Source of the DNA: a virus
Taxonomy: Duplodnaviria; Caudoviricetes
Virus record (IMG/VR): IMGVR_UViG_3300037461_000350
Span: 1-45,311 of that record
Length of the DNA: 45,311 nt
Reading direction: 5' to 3' (one strand)
Shown here one piece after another: positions 9,681 through 20,500 of this stretch. The notes under the pieces were generated by a model, which saw only the letters and a list, made by a program, of their open reading frames with translations, was not told the DNA's origin and did not search any database. The translations under genes were made by a program, and so were the position numbers. Position 1 is the stretch's first letter. The number at the start of each line of letters is the position of its first letter.

Positions 9681-9729
9681 GGCGAGCGCGGGCAACAACT
9701 CAGACAGACACCGCGGGCCCGCGCTCGCC
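9681..9729 (+). promoter_or_regulatory. 13-bp perfect inverted repeat (stem-loop) after head decoration genes
   Basis: GGCGAGCGCGGGC / GCCCGCGCTCGCC with 23-nt loop. Confidence 0.55.
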
Positions 9730-9747
9730 GCCGCCTTGAGGTGAAGA

Positions 9748-10077
9748 GTGCTGGCAACGGATCAAATGAAGGCTTGCGAGGCATTTGTTGCGGCTCATGC
9801 CGGAGAGGCGGTGGAGTACCAGGCCTATCCGTCTGGATCATGGCAGGCGATCACGGTGCCGGTAGATCGCCAGCCGGTGGATGCTTTTGGTGCCGGTCTA
9901 CGCGGTCGGATTCATGTGCTGCTCCCAAAGTCGCTCGTGGCCAGCGTGACTCTGAAGCAAGACAAGATTCGGCTGGCACCGGTGACAGTCGGAAGTGAGC
10001 AGGCAACGTACACGGTGAACGAAATCCTGCCGTCGGGGAATCAACCAGGGCATTTTTGGGTGGAGTGCGTCGGGTGA
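9748..10077 (+). CDS. head-tail joining protein (gpFII-like)
   Basis: Size, synteny, beta-rich sequence (GEAVEY, DKIRL, YTVNEI). Confidence 0.6.
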   Translation: MLATDQMKACEAFVAAHAGEAVEYQAYPSGSWQAITVPVDRQPVDAFGAGLRGRIHVLLPKSLVASVTLKQDKIRLAPVTVGSEQATYTVNEILPSGNQPGHFWVECVG

Positions 10078-10781
10078 GCGTGTCACTTGAAATCAAAGGT
10101 GCGACCGAAGTTCAGGCAGTAATGTCCGCCTTCCCTGGCGCGTTGGCGCAAGGAATGCAGGGCGCCTTGAATCGTGCGCTCCAGCGGTACCGCACGCACC
10201 ACGCGCAGCAGCGGCTCCAGAAGCCGCCTCCGCCGGTCTGGAAAGGCCGGTCTGGTCCCGAGGGTGTCCACGCTACGCGCAAGCGCGGCATGGGCCTCCT
10301 GGGCGCCTGGCGGGTGGACGTCCATGGGAAGACGCTCATGGGTATGTACGGGAAGCTCTGGACGCGGAACATGATCGCCAAGGAGCACGAGACAGGCCAG
10401 GCGATCCCGTCCGGGTGGGCTCCACTCCCTCCCGCGCGTGACCGCCTGGGGCGCACGATCAAGAAGTACGCGGCTTTGCGACAGGCGAGGAAGCTGATTG
10501 TCGTCAAGCGCAGGGACGGGAAGAAGTTCCTGGTCATGGAAAACAAGGCCTGGAAGCGCCACCGTGGGCAGGCGCGCAGGCAAGGATTCACACTTCGGGC
10601 GCACGAGGGCCAGAGGTACACCTTTCTTTTCCACCAGATCAAGCGGGCACTCTTCAGGGCACGCCTTGACTTCCATGCTCTTTTCCCGACCTGGCTCACG
10701 CAGGAAGGACGCGGGATCTTCTTTAAGGCGCTCACTGGAGCCACGAAAGCGGCCGAGCGGCGCCTGGGAGGTCCCTCATGA
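10074..10781 (+). CDS. neck/tail completion protein (basic)
   Basis: GTGA overlap; highly basic; EHETG motif; synteny. Confidence 0.6.
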   Translation: MSVSLEIKGATEVQAVMSAFPGALAQGMQGALNRALQRYRTHHAQQRLQKPPPPVWKGRSGPEGVHATRKRGMGLLGAWRVDVHGKTLMGMYGKLWTRNMIAKEHETGQAIPSGWAPLPPARDRLGRTIKKYAALRQARKLIVVKRRDGKKFLVMENKAWKRHRGQARRQGFTLRAHEGQRYTFLFHQIKRALFRARLDFHALFPTWLTQEGRGIFFKALTGATKAAERRLGGPS

Positions 10782-11257
10782 GCGGTCGGCTCGAGACCCT
10801 GGTGGCAGCCGTGAAGACCCGCCTGGAAGGGATCAACGGGTCGCCGAGCTACACCTACACCGTCCTGAAAGTCGAGCGGTGGAAGCACGAATATGACGGC
10901 CAGGAGGAGCTCGTCAACTCGATCGGGAGCCTCCCGGCGATCCTGATACAGACACAGGGCGGGGAGCCGACGGACGAGACGATTGGCTCTGCGGATCTTG
11001 TGGACGAGACCGTTCGCATCGACCTGCAGTTCTTCCTGGAGCTCTCCGCGAACGACTCAGACAAGCTCAACGCTCTTGCGGATCTGAAGAAGGCTCTCTT
11101 TGCGAGCTTTGACGGCTATGGCGTGGGTGCAACCCGGCCGCGGCTTGCCTGGCAAATGGTGGACTTAGAAACCGGACTGTCCCTCGACGGTCTCCGCGCA
11201 ACTTTGACCTGCAGCTACCAACACGACTTAGGAGACCCGGCCACGCGCACGGGATGA
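10778..11257 (+). CDS. tail terminator protein
   Basis: Acidic, LPAILI motif, directly upstream of tail tube. Confidence 0.65.
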   Translation: MSGRLETLVAAVKTRLEGINGSPSYTYTVLKVERWKHEYDGQEELVNSIGSLPAILIQTQGGEPTDETIGSADLVDETVRIDLQFFLELSANDSDKLNALADLKKALFASFDGYGVGATRPRLAWQMVDLETGLSLDGLRATLTCSYQHDLGDPATRTG

Positions 11258-11263
11258 TGACCC

Positions 11264-12445
11264 ATGGCAGACCACTTTTTGATCCGTGATCAGCAACTTG
11301 CCGCCAAGCTCGAGGCCTCTCCCGGCGTGGCCGAGACGCTCACCTACAGCGAAGTCAAGCTGAAGCCATTCCAGTCGGACACGCCGTTCACGCCGGACTA
11401 TCCTCGGTTCGCGAACGACGAGGTGGCCGAGGACATCGGCGAGGCGGCCGACTTCGTCGGAGGGAAGAAAGGCGCGATCCAGGTTGGCCTGCTCCTCAAG
11501 AACTCCGGCACCGTGGGCACTCCGCCGGCGATCGGGACCTTCCTGCGCGCATGCGGGCTCAAGGAGCAGATCGTCCATGCGATCACGATCGGTGCGATCT
11601 CTCCAGGATCAGCCTTTGTGGCAGGCGCCACCTACAGCGCCACCGGCGGGAAGACCGGGATCGTTGAGACGACCAGGACCGGGGCCGGGACGCTGCGGTA
11701 CATCGTCACCTCCGGTGGGGCTCTGGCTGCGTCCGACGTCGTCACGGTCGGCGCGGACTCTGCGACGGCTTCTGGTACGGACGCGCTCTATGGCGTGAAG
11801 TACACGCCGCGGTCTACGGGACACGAAACCATGACCTTGCAGCGTGGGGAGAAAAACGACGCGGGGACCGCCAGTCACGACTACCTCTACCGTCTGGCCG
11901 GGGCGCTCGGAAACGGTGCGATCAACCTCGCGGCTCTGGACGCTGGCCGATTCAAGGGAGACTACCAAGGGGTGATCTCGTTCCTGGGAGACGGCGCGTT
12001 CCTGTCTGGCTACACCTACGAGAGCACGACTCCGCCGGTCTGGAACAACTCAACCGTGCAGCTCAACGCGGTGGCCATTCAGGTGTCAGAGTTCGGGCTC
12101 GACTTCGGAAACGAAGTGGCGCTCGAGCCGGACCCGACCACGGTAGGTGGCACCGACGGGTTCGACTACGCCAGGATCATGAAGAGAACCCCGATCATCA
12201 CGCTCAACCCGTACAGGCTCAAGACCTCCGAACTGGACGACCTCGGCCTCCACGGGTCGGGAGCAACCATGGCTTTCACGCTTTCCTACGGCACGACTCC
12301 GCAGTTGATCGAGATCACCGCCGGCGCCTGCCAGCTCCGCGGGTGGTCCCCGGCCGACCGAGCCGGACGGCGGGTCGCGAGCCTGTCCCTCAACGTCGTG
12401 CGTGGCACGCTCATGGACGACGATTTCTCAATCATGTTCCGCTGA
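11264..12445 (+). CDS. major tail tube protein with internal Gly/Thr-rich insertion
   Basis: AAKLE...G, SGTVGTPP..G.FLRACG, YTPRS motifs; followed by chaperone and tape measure genes. Confidence 0.8.
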   Translation: MADHFLIRDQQLAAKLEASPGVAETLTYSEVKLKPFQSDTPFTPDYPRFANDEVAEDIGEAADFVGGKKGAIQVGLLLKNSGTVGTPPAIGTFLRACGLKEQIVHAITIGAISPGSAFVAGATYSATGGKTGIVETTRTGAGTLRYIVTSGGALAASDVVTVGADSATASGTDALYGVKYTPRSTGHETMTLQRGEKNDAGTASHDYLYRLAGALGNGAINLAALDAGRFKGDYQGVISFLGDGAFLSGYTYESTTPPVWNNSTVQLNAVAIQVSEFGLDFGNEVALEPDPTTVGGTDGFDYARIMKRTPIITLNPYRLKTSELDDLGLHGSGATMAFTLSYGTTPQLIEITAGACQLRGWSPADRAGRRVASLSLNVVRGTLMDDDFSIMFR

Positions 12446-12460
12446 AAAGGAGAGAGTTTC

Positions 12461-12850
12461 ATGGCGATCGCAGTCACCGAAAAGGAGTTCGAATACGTCC
12501 TGGAGGCCGATCGGGACCTCCCCGCAGAACAGCAGACGACCTGGATCCTCAAGGTCCTCAATTGGGACGAAAACCGGCAGCTCGAGAAGAGCGAATGGAA
12601 GCCGCCGACCCGCCGCGGAGCCCAGGCGGTCATGGTGACGGACCCCAAGGCGATCCAGCGGCGCGCGCTCGACCTCGGACTCCTCGGGTGGCGGAACTTC
12701 AAGAGCAGAGACGGAACGGCCGTCGAGTTCAGGCGGGACGGCGGGAAGGTACCCGGGGAGGTCCTCGACATGATCGCTCCTTATGCGGCGGAGTTGGCGA
12801 ATGCGATCGCCGACCGAGCGATCCAGACGCCTGAAGACGTAAAAAACTGA
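12461..12850 (+). CDS. tail assembly chaperone (gpG-like)
   Basis: GLLGWRNF motif; ends at slippery site A AAA AAC TGA. Confidence 0.8.
   Translation: MAIAVTEKEFEYVLEADRDLPAEQQTTWILKVLNWDENRQLEKSEWKPPTRRGAQAVMVTDPKAIQRRALDLGLLGWRNFKSRDGTAVEFRRDGGKVPGEVLDMIAPYAAELANAIADRAIQTPEDVKN
12841..12847 (+). promoter_or_regulatory. -1 programmed ribosomal frameshift site
   Basis: GTA AAA AAC TGA: X XXY YYZ heptamer; -1 frame continues into ORF 12850-13290. Confidence 0.8.
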
Positions 12851-13290
12851 TGATCGCGGTGGTCGTTGCGCACCGTCGGTCGTTCGACGGTCCGCGACTG
12901 CCGCACAACTGCAAGACCTGCCGAAGTCGCGAAGGCCGGACAAAAAGAAAGGAGTGGGGTTGTGACCGCAAGAGCCAAGGCGAAGAACCACAATTCACGA
13001 TCCCATGTCCAGTCTGCCTCGGCGCCGGGTGCCGGGAGTGCAAGGACGGCCAGCAGGGTATCCGGCGGTGTCCACTGGCGATTGTGGACGCTGGAGCCGT
13101 GGAGGCGCGGCTGCTCCACCGGGCCTATCCGCAGGCACTGCCGTTTGCCGGAGGTCTCTATGACCAGCCGGCGGTCTACGTCCAGGCCATGCGGACCCTC
13201 GATCGTGCGGAGGCTCTCATGCAGGAAATAGAGCAAGAAGAGCAGCAACAGTCGCGCGTGGAGAGGAGGCCTGATGGCCGGGGGAAGTGA
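12850..13290 (+). CDS. tail assembly chaperone frameshift extension (gpT-like), Cys-rich
   Basis: -1 frame of gpG; LPFAGGLYDQPA motif; directly before tape measure. Confidence 0.75.
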   Translation: MIAVVVAHRRSFDGPRLPHNCKTCRSREGRTKRKEWGCDRKSQGEEPQFTIPCPVCLGAGCRECKDGQQGIRRCPLAIVDAGAVEARLLHRAYPQALPFAGGLYDQPAVYVQAMRTLDRAEALMQEIEQEEQQQSRVERRPDGRGK

Positions 13291-15229
13291 AGAACTCTCC
13301 ATCATCGTGCGCATGCGCGATTTCGCTACCAGGCAGTTTCAGACCCTGGGCGGGACGATCGGCAAGTGGGCGCAGGCAGGAATCCAGAAGGTCGGCCAGT
13401 TCGCGAAGAACCTCCTGAGCTTCCACGGGATCCTCGGCATGATCGGGACGGCCTGGGGAGCCATGCGGCTCGTGGACCATATCGCCGAGGTGGAGGATAT
13501 CGGCCTTGCATTCGAGAGCCTCACCAAGAAGGTTGGAGGCTCAGAGGCGATCCTGAACGTGCTCCGGACGGCGACCCGGGGGACTGTCAGCGACTTCAAG
13601 CTCATGGAGACGGCGAATAAGGCCATTCTCCTCGGTGTCGGGGACAGCGCGGAGCAGTTCGAGATGCTGGCCACGTTGGCGCGGCGGCTCGGCCGCGCCG
13701 TGGGTCGTGACACCGTGGACGCATTCAACGACCTGACCATGGGTATCGGTCGGCAGTCAAGGCTCATTCTCGACAACCTCGGCCTGATCGTGAAGGTCGA
13801 GGAGGCCAACGAGGCCTACGCCGCCGCGCTCGGGGTGACTGTGAGCAGCCTCACGGAGGCGCAGAAGAAGCAATCTTTCATGAACGCCACCATGGAAGCC
13901 GCGCGGGTGAAGGTCGGCGAGCTCGGCGAGGACACATGGACGATGTCGGACGCCTTGGGCGCGCTGAAGGCATTTCTCGGAAACCTTGGGAATGAGATTC
14001 TCAGGGAGACACTTCCGGCACTGACTGAACTGTTCAATGGTCTGCGCAAGGGGCTGACTGGTAACCGTCCGGCGATCATGAACTTTGCAGCAGATGTAGT
14101 TGAGGGCTTTGCTCAAATTGCGATTGCCGCAGGGCCAGCAGTAGACAGCTTGAAGAGCGTCCTGGAAGGCCTGATGAAAATTCCTGCGCAGGCTGGAAAG
14201 GCTGTTGATGCTTACAACAAATATTATGACTGGTGGAGCAGGTTCTGGGGCAAGGCAAAGACGGAACCTCAAGAGGTTGCATCCGCCGCTGAGAAATCAA
14301 CCAAGGCTATAGGTGAAGCTTTATTTGATCTCTCACAAAAGATCCGCGTTGCTGGGGCAGAGATTGACGAGGAGACCGCAAAGATCGCGGAGTTTGTCGG
14401 ACCAAAGCGGTTTTCCTACCAACAGATCGACCTTGGAGGGCGTCGTATAGCTGCGCTGCGAGAAGAGGTTACTGCCTACGTCGCTCTGTCCAAGGAAATG
14501 GACCGCGTGCAGCAGATCCGCGCCAAGTTCGATTTCGCTCCGCCGCTGATCGAGGCTCCGAAGGGGGACGTTTACAAGTACCGCAACATGTTCTCCTGGA
14601 TGAAGGAAGCCAACGATGAAATGGATCGCATGCATGAGCTTCTGCATGCAAACGCCGGCGCTGGCAAGGCCTTCACGGAGCTCCAACGCCGATCCACGGA
14701 GTGGGGGAAGGCCACGTACGAGGCCGTCATGGAGGCCTCCAGCGCGATCAGCTACAACCTCGTCGACGCCGTCATGGCGATCGGAGAGAACTTCAAGGAC
14801 GCCGGTAGGCTTGCGCGGGAGTTCGCTGCTCAACTGCTGAAGGACCTGGCGAGGATCATGCTGCAGCTCACCCTGATGCAGGCGGTGCAGGCCGGCATGG
14901 GTGCGCTCGGCGGGCTGTTCGGCCTGGGCGGCGGCGAGATGATACCGTTCAAGTTCCGGCAGCATGGCGGCTACGTCCCGCGGCGAGAACTCGCCGTTGT
15001 CGGAGAGGCTGGACCGGAGATCGTGGAGCTCCCCGGCGGGTCCCGCGTCCACCCGAACTCTGCTCTCGGCGGGAGCACCGTGAACGTCGTGATCCACAAC
15101 CACAACCCGCAGTTCCGCACGAAGGAGCAGGAGCGGAAGTTCACGCGCGACGAGCAGGAGCAGATCAAGGCCGTCGTGCTCCAGGCGCAAAATAGCTCGG
15201 TCGGCTTCCGGGGAGGCATGGCGTCATGA
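13274..15229 (+). CDS. tail tape measure protein
   Basis: Helical Ala-rich; GIGRQSRLILDNLG motif; C-terminal HGG...VVGEAGPEIV. Confidence 0.9.
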   Translation: MAGGSEELSIIVRMRDFATRQFQTLGGTIGKWAQAGIQKVGQFAKNLLSFHGILGMIGTAWGAMRLVDHIAEVEDIGLAFESLTKKVGGSEAILNVLRTATRGTVSDFKLMETANKAILLGVGDSAEQFEMLATLARRLGRAVGRDTVDAFNDLTMGIGRQSRLILDNLGLIVKVEEANEAYAAALGVTVSSLTEAQKKQSFMNATMEAARVKVGELGEDTWTMSDALGALKAFLGNLGNEILRETLPALTELFNGLRKGLTGNRPAIMNFAADVVEGFAQIAIAAGPAVDSLKSVLEGLMKIPAQAGKAVDAYNKYYDWWSRFWGKAKTEPQEVASAAEKSTKAIGEALFDLSQKIRVAGAEIDEETAKIAEFVGPKRFSYQQIDLGGRRIAALREEVTAYVALSKEMDRVQQIRAKFDFAPPLIEAPKGDVYKYRNMFSWMKEANDEMDRMHELLHANAGAGKAFTELQRRSTEWGKATYEAVMEASSAISYNLVDAVMAIGENFKDAGRLAREFAAQLLKDLARIMLQLTLMQAVQAGMGALGGLFGLGGGEMIPFKFRQHGGYVPRRELAVVGEAGPEIVELPGGSRVHPNSALGGSTVNVVIHNHNPQFRTKEQERKFTRDEQEQIKAVVLQAQNSSVGFRGGMAS

Positions 15230-15924
15230 GCTACGAGACCTTCACGCCGGAGGCCAATGGCCTGAAACCGCAGAGGCAGTACACGATCGAGCCGGAGTTT
15301 CAGGTTGAGGAGGACGAGCGGGAGCTCGGGAACCTCACCTCGACTGCCGTCGCTGACAAGGAACGCCGCGTCCTGCGATTCCGCTGGGTCTGCGAAACGC
15401 GCGCTGCCATGGACTATGTCGTGGCGTTCTTCCGGCGCCACAAGGGACCCGCGGGAAGGTTTTACTACGCCTGGCCGGAGTTCGTGGCTCACCCGGACGC
15501 CGCGCCGATTCTCGAGGCGGTTGCTTCTGGCACGCAGGCAGAACGAACGATCACCTGCCGCTTCGCCTGGAAGAATACGGCAGGGACCACGCTGCCGTCC
15601 CCGACCGCGACCCTCCTGGTGCCGGCCTCGAGCCTCGTCAAGGTGACCGTGCCGGTTTACCCGCCGTCGGTAAGCCAATGCGTGATCTACGCCTCCGAGA
15701 GCGGCGCCGGGACGGAGCAGGAGCAGACGGTGCTCACGGACCTGCTCACCTGGACGCAGCCTGACGCCGCGCTCCTCCTCGCCACCGCGGACCCGCCGAC
15801 GGCGAATACGGCTACCGAGACGCCGCTCATGAAAGCCGGGGGAAATCCGCCGTACCGGATCACCCGTGGGAACGGGACCTGCTACGAGATCACCTGCGAT
15901 TTGGTGGAGGTTTACCATGCGTAG
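15226..15924 (+). CDS. distal tail protein (gpM-like) with inserted beta domain
   Basis: FFRRHKGPAGRFYYAWP motif; position after tape measure. Confidence 0.7.
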   Translation: MSYETFTPEANGLKPQRQYTIEPEFQVEEDERELGNLTSTAVADKERRVLRFRWVCETRAAMDYVVAFFRRHKGPAGRFYYAWPEFVAHPDAAPILEAVASGTQAERTITCRFAWKNTAGTTLPSPTATLLVPASSLVKVTVPVYPPSVSQCVIYASESGAGTEQEQTVLTDLLTWTQPDAALLLATADPPTANTATETPLMKAGGNPPYRITRGNGTCYEITCDLVEVYHA

Positions 15925-17152
15925 CCTCTCCAGCGATCTGAAGATCTGGAAGGACTCCCAGGACCGCCTGGTCCCGCTGGTGACCCTGTACGATATCGAG
16001 GTGAACGACACGACGACGCTGTACCTCGTGGAGGGTGATCCCACCGGTACCGGGAGCGTCACCTATGGTGGACATACCTACCTGGCCTGCGCGATCGAGC
16101 AAGAGCAGCGGGCGGAGAACGTGGAGGGCGACTTCCCGAGCTTCCAATTGCTCGTCAGCAACATCAACGGGGTGGCGGGTGGGTACATCGAGGCGAACGA
16201 GCTCGACGGCCGGCAGGTGACGATCCGTGACGGCCTCCTGCGCGGGACGGAGAGCGACTACCTGGTCCGGACCTACACGATCTCCCAGGCGCGCTATAAC
16301 CGGAAGGTGGCGAGCCTCACCCTGGGGCCTCCGAACTTCTTCAAGAAGAAGACGTGTGCCAGGAAGTACCAGCGCATGCGCTGCCAGCACTCCTGGCCCA
16401 AGCGGTTCCTCGACGATGCCGGATGCGGGTACCCGAGCGACGTCTTCGGCTCTGACACGGCGCAGGACATGCTGCCGTGTCTCGTGAACACCGAGGTCGA
16501 GAAACAGTTTGGCTGGTTCGCCATCAACTGCTCCAAGTGCGACATGATCGGGAGCGTTTACCTGCCCATGTCGTTTTTCATTGCCACCACCTCCGACGAT
16601 ATCCAGTGGGAGCCTGGGAATTTTGCCGCACCCTTCGCCTACAAGAAGGTCTCCGGCGACTTCGAGCTCATCACCGAAGTGCGGTTCATGGCTACAAAGG
16701 TTGGGTGCTATGCCGGGATCCTTTGCCAGTCGGTGGACTTGCCGTCGTCCTGGGTGTACCTCGGGCGTGCCGTGGACGAAGGTGGGCTGCTCGAGGTGCG
16801 CGCGACCGCCGCCGTGGCCGGGGTCCTCAACGATGCCTTGACTGTCGATGACGAGACGAGTTCCTGGGTCCGCATGGTGCGCAGTGACTCCACGTTCACC
16901 TGCTACTACGGTACGGACGGGACCACCTGGACGACTCTTGGCACTCAAACCGTGGCCATGGGCGATGATATGCTCCTGGGCCTCGCGCTGTCCTCGAATC
17001 GCGCAGAGGGCGGTCAGATTTGGGCGGCCTTCAGTCCCTTCCAGTTCCGGAGCGGTGGGGAGGCCACCTGCGATCGCACGCGCGAGGCGTGCCGGCTCAA
17101 GTGCAATTCGCACCGCTATGGCGCCTTCCCGGGGATCCCAACACTGAGATGA
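15917..17152 (+). CDS. minor tail protein L-like (hub) with inserted concanavalin/DUF1349-like domain
   Basis: LVSNING, RCQH..CGY and C-terminal CDRT..AC...YGAFPGI Cys motif; insert with WVRMVR..STFTCYYGTDGTTW. Confidence 0.8.
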   Translation: MRSLSSDLKIWKDSQDRLVPLVTLYDIEVNDTTTLYLVEGDPTGTGSVTYGGHTYLACAIEQEQRAENVEGDFPSFQLLVSNINGVAGGYIEANELDGRQVTIRDGLLRGTESDYLVRTYTISQARYNRKVASLTLGPPNFFKKKTCARKYQRMRCQHSWPKRFLDDAGCGYPSDVFGSDTAQDMLPCLVNTEVEKQFGWFAINCSKCDMIGSVYLPMSFFIATTSDDIQWEPGNFAAPFAYKKVSGDFELITEVRFMATKVGCYAGILCQSVDLPSSWVYLGRAVDEGGLLEVRATAAVAGVLNDALTVDDETSSWVRMVRSDSTFTCYYGTDGTTWTTLGTQTVAMGDDMLLGLALSSNRAEGGQIWAAFSPFQFRSGGEATCDRTREACRLKCNSHRYGAFPGIPTLR

Positions 17153-17568
17153 TCCAGAAGCTTTCCACCACTGCTGACACCTTCCCGGCCACCGAGGTCG
17201 AGTACGAGGACCTCCTCGGGATCCCATATCGCGTGGGCGGACGGGTGGCAGCCGGGGATCCCGGGACGGACTGCATTGGGGTGGTCCTCGAGATTTACCG
17301 CCGCGCCGGTCTGGGCCTCCCGGACCCCGGGCGCACCTCCGTCGGGGTCTTTGGCTTTGCCGAGGTCCTCGAGCAAGTGGCGGATCCGTCGGCACTGTAC
17401 GACCTGGTGCATTTGCGTCGGCAGTCAAACCACCTGGCGGTCCAGGTGCGCAGTGGGATGCTGATCACGGCCACGAAGGCCATGGGTGTGCATGTGGCGC
17501 GGCTCGCCAACTACCGCCGCCTGGACGGGGTCGAATATTGGAGGGTCCAAGATGCCTGCCTGCCCTGA
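17149..17568 (+). CDS. NlpC/P60 tail tip assembly protein (gpK-like)
   Basis: LLGIPY..GGR...GTDCIGVV and NHLAV catalytic Cys/His pattern. Confidence 0.85.
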   Translation: MIQKLSTTADTFPATEVEYEDLLGIPYRVGGRVAAGDPGTDCIGVVLEIYRRAGLGLPDPGRTSVGVFGFAEVLEQVADPSALYDLVHLRRQSNHLAVQVRSGMLITATKAMGVHVARLANYRRLDGVEYWRVQDACLP

Positions 17569-20500
17569 CAGCCAGGTCCAGATCAGGACCCTCGAGAACC
17601 CTTGCGACCTGAAGAGCCGCAAGAGCTGGACGGCGCCAGCCGGGAGGTCGGTGCTGGAGTATGCGCCCGAGGGGTTCCTGGGTGATCCCAACCTCCGGAT
17701 CATCTTGAACGGCGGGATTCTCCACGACGACGAGTGGGCGACGACCAGCGCGCGCGCGGGGGACGAGGTGATCTTCTACCGGGCCCCGGCGGGCCTGGAG
17801 CTCTTGATTTCGCTGGGCATCAGCCTGCTCCTCACTGGGATCTCCTACGGGGTCCAGAGCGTCCTGGCGTCCTCCATGGCCACGCGGAGCCGCGGACTCA
17901 ACGAGAGTCCGACCTACGGGTGGGATGGGATCTGCTCGACTGTGGAGCCGGGGACGCCGATCCCGGTGATCTACGGGACGCACCGGGTCGGCGGGCACAT
18001 AATCCAGCAATACAGACAAGCTGTGAGTAGGGGAGAAGATCCAAGAGCGAGCGAGCTCAACACGCTTCTGGCGCTCGGAGCTGGACCCATCGAGTCCGTT
18101 AGCATCAAAGATATCCTGGTTAACGGCAACCCGATTACCGACTACGGATCCGACATTCTCACGGATATCCGGACTGGGGAGAACCACCAGGAGCCTTGCG
18201 ATTGGTTTCATGAGGTAAAGAATCCAAGCATAGAGGAGAGGGATCTCCTTTACGACACGCCAGAGACGTTGACCACAACGAACGAAATCGACGCCTTCGA
18301 CGTGGCGATCCGGTTTCCTGCAGGACTTTTTCGAGTCAACTCAAACGGAAATTTTCGGTCGCGCAGCGTCCAACTGAAGTTTGAGTGGTACCCGGAAGAC
18401 GATCTGACGGCCACCGACTCAGAGACTGTCACGGTCACGGAGAAGACCGAGACGTCGTTCGAGTATTGGTTCTATTCTCCTCGATCGCTGCCGTCGCGTA
18501 CCAGATACAAAATCGTCGTCACCCGCCTGACCGCGGACGACACCGACCCGGCGAAGCAGTCCCAGACTCAGGTTCTCACACTCAACGAAGTCCTCAACGA
18601 GAAGCTGACCTACCCGGGGATCGCGCTTCTCGGGATATCTCACCTTCCCAGCGCCAAGATTTCCGGCCAGACTCCTACCTACAGCGCGCTCGTGGAGGGA
18701 CGCCGGGTCCGGGTGTACACGGATCTCACGACCTACACGGAGCAGTTTTCGGACAACCCGGCATGGTGCATGCTGGACTACCTCCTGGACCCTATCTGGG
18801 GAGTCGGGACCTGGATCACCCTGGCCAGGATCGACCTGCAGTCCTTCCTCGACTGGGCCGCATTCTGTGACGAAATGGTCCCAAAGGACGCCAGCGGAGT
18901 CCTCGAGAAGCGATTCCGCCTGAACATGGTGATCGACGGGTCCCAGTCGGTGATCGACTGTCTCCGGCAGATTGCCAGCACTGGCCGAGCGTGGATTCTC
19001 CAGCGTGGCGACCAGTGGGCGATCAAGATCGACCGCGAGGAGGACCCGGTCCAGTTCTTCAGCATGGGCCGCATTCTCAAGGGGAGCTTCGCTACCTCGA
19101 AAATCTCGAAGACAGATCTGGCCAACGTCTTCTCCGGGGAGTTCTATAACGAGGACCTGGACTATGAGCAAGACACGCTTCCGCTCGAGGACGACACGCT
19201 CGAGGCGGAAGTCAACCCGGTCGAGAAGTCGATTTCTCTCTTGGGTACGACGACTTTTTCGCAGGCTAACCGGCTTCTGAACTACTACCTCCTCTCGAAC
19301 CGCCTACAGCGTCGGCAGATCGAGTTTGGCGTCGGCGCCGAGGCCTTGGCCATGGAGGCCGGCGACGTCTTCCGTTTCGCGCACGATGTTCCCGGCTGGG
19401 GCTGGTCGGGCAGACTGCTGTCGGTCGACGAGACGGGGTCGACGCTCCTCCTCGATCGCACGATCACCCTGGCCGAGAGCACCGAGTACGAGCTCACAGT
19501 CATTCACCCTGGCACAGACACAGTCGACACGGTCCATGTGACGAGCCTGCCGGGGACAACGAACAAGATTTCCGTCTCCGCCGACTGGACTCAGATCCCC
19601 GTCGAAGGGACGGACTACTCGATCGGAACCGTGACGCACTCCACGGTGGTCTACCGCGCAATCAGCGTGTCGGTTGGGCCCAGGGCATGGGAGCGAACGA
19701 TCAAGGCGACGGAATACAACGCGGCGGTGTACGGTACCGACCTGACGGTCCTCGTCCCGCCGAGCGTCTCGAGGCTCACGGACCCCGGCCGGATCCCTCC
19801 GGACGTGCGGGACCTCCGGCTCCAAGAGCGCCAGGTGTACGCGCAGGACGGGACGCTCTCCTGCGCGATCGACGTCCATTTCACCCTGCCGGCTGTCGAG
19901 GGCGTGCGGGCCGAGGTCTACTGGCGCGAGGAGGGGTCGGAGGCCTGGGTCAGTGCTGGGTCACCGGTCTCGATCGGGTACTTCTCGATCGTCGACAACG
20001 TGGAATCTCCCGGCGAGACCTACGAGGTCTCTGTGGTGACTCTCAGCGCCGACGGGAATCGGAAGAACGCCGCGCAGGGAGTCCAGGCCACGATCACGAC
20101 CGTGGGGACCACGCGGCAGCCGTCGAACGTGACGAACTTCTTCGCCAACCGCACGCTGACCGGCTTGATCTTCTCCTGGGCCGCGGTGGATCCGGTGGAG
20201 AACTTCGATCTCCTCCATTACGAGATCCGAAACGGTCCCAACTGGGACAGCGCCATTCTCGTCGGGACCACCACGAACACGTCGCTCGAGACGTCGATCT
20301 GCGTCAGTGGAACCCAGACCTACCTGATCCGTGCGGTCAACACGGCCTTGAAGACGAGTCCGCTCCCGACCACGCTGATCATCGAGGTGGAAGGGCGGAT
20401 CGGTGAGAAAATCATCAAGACGCAAACGGAGGAGCCTTCCTGGACGGGCACGCGCGAGAATTTCACGCTGGACTCCGGGAAACTGATCCTCAACACCGAG

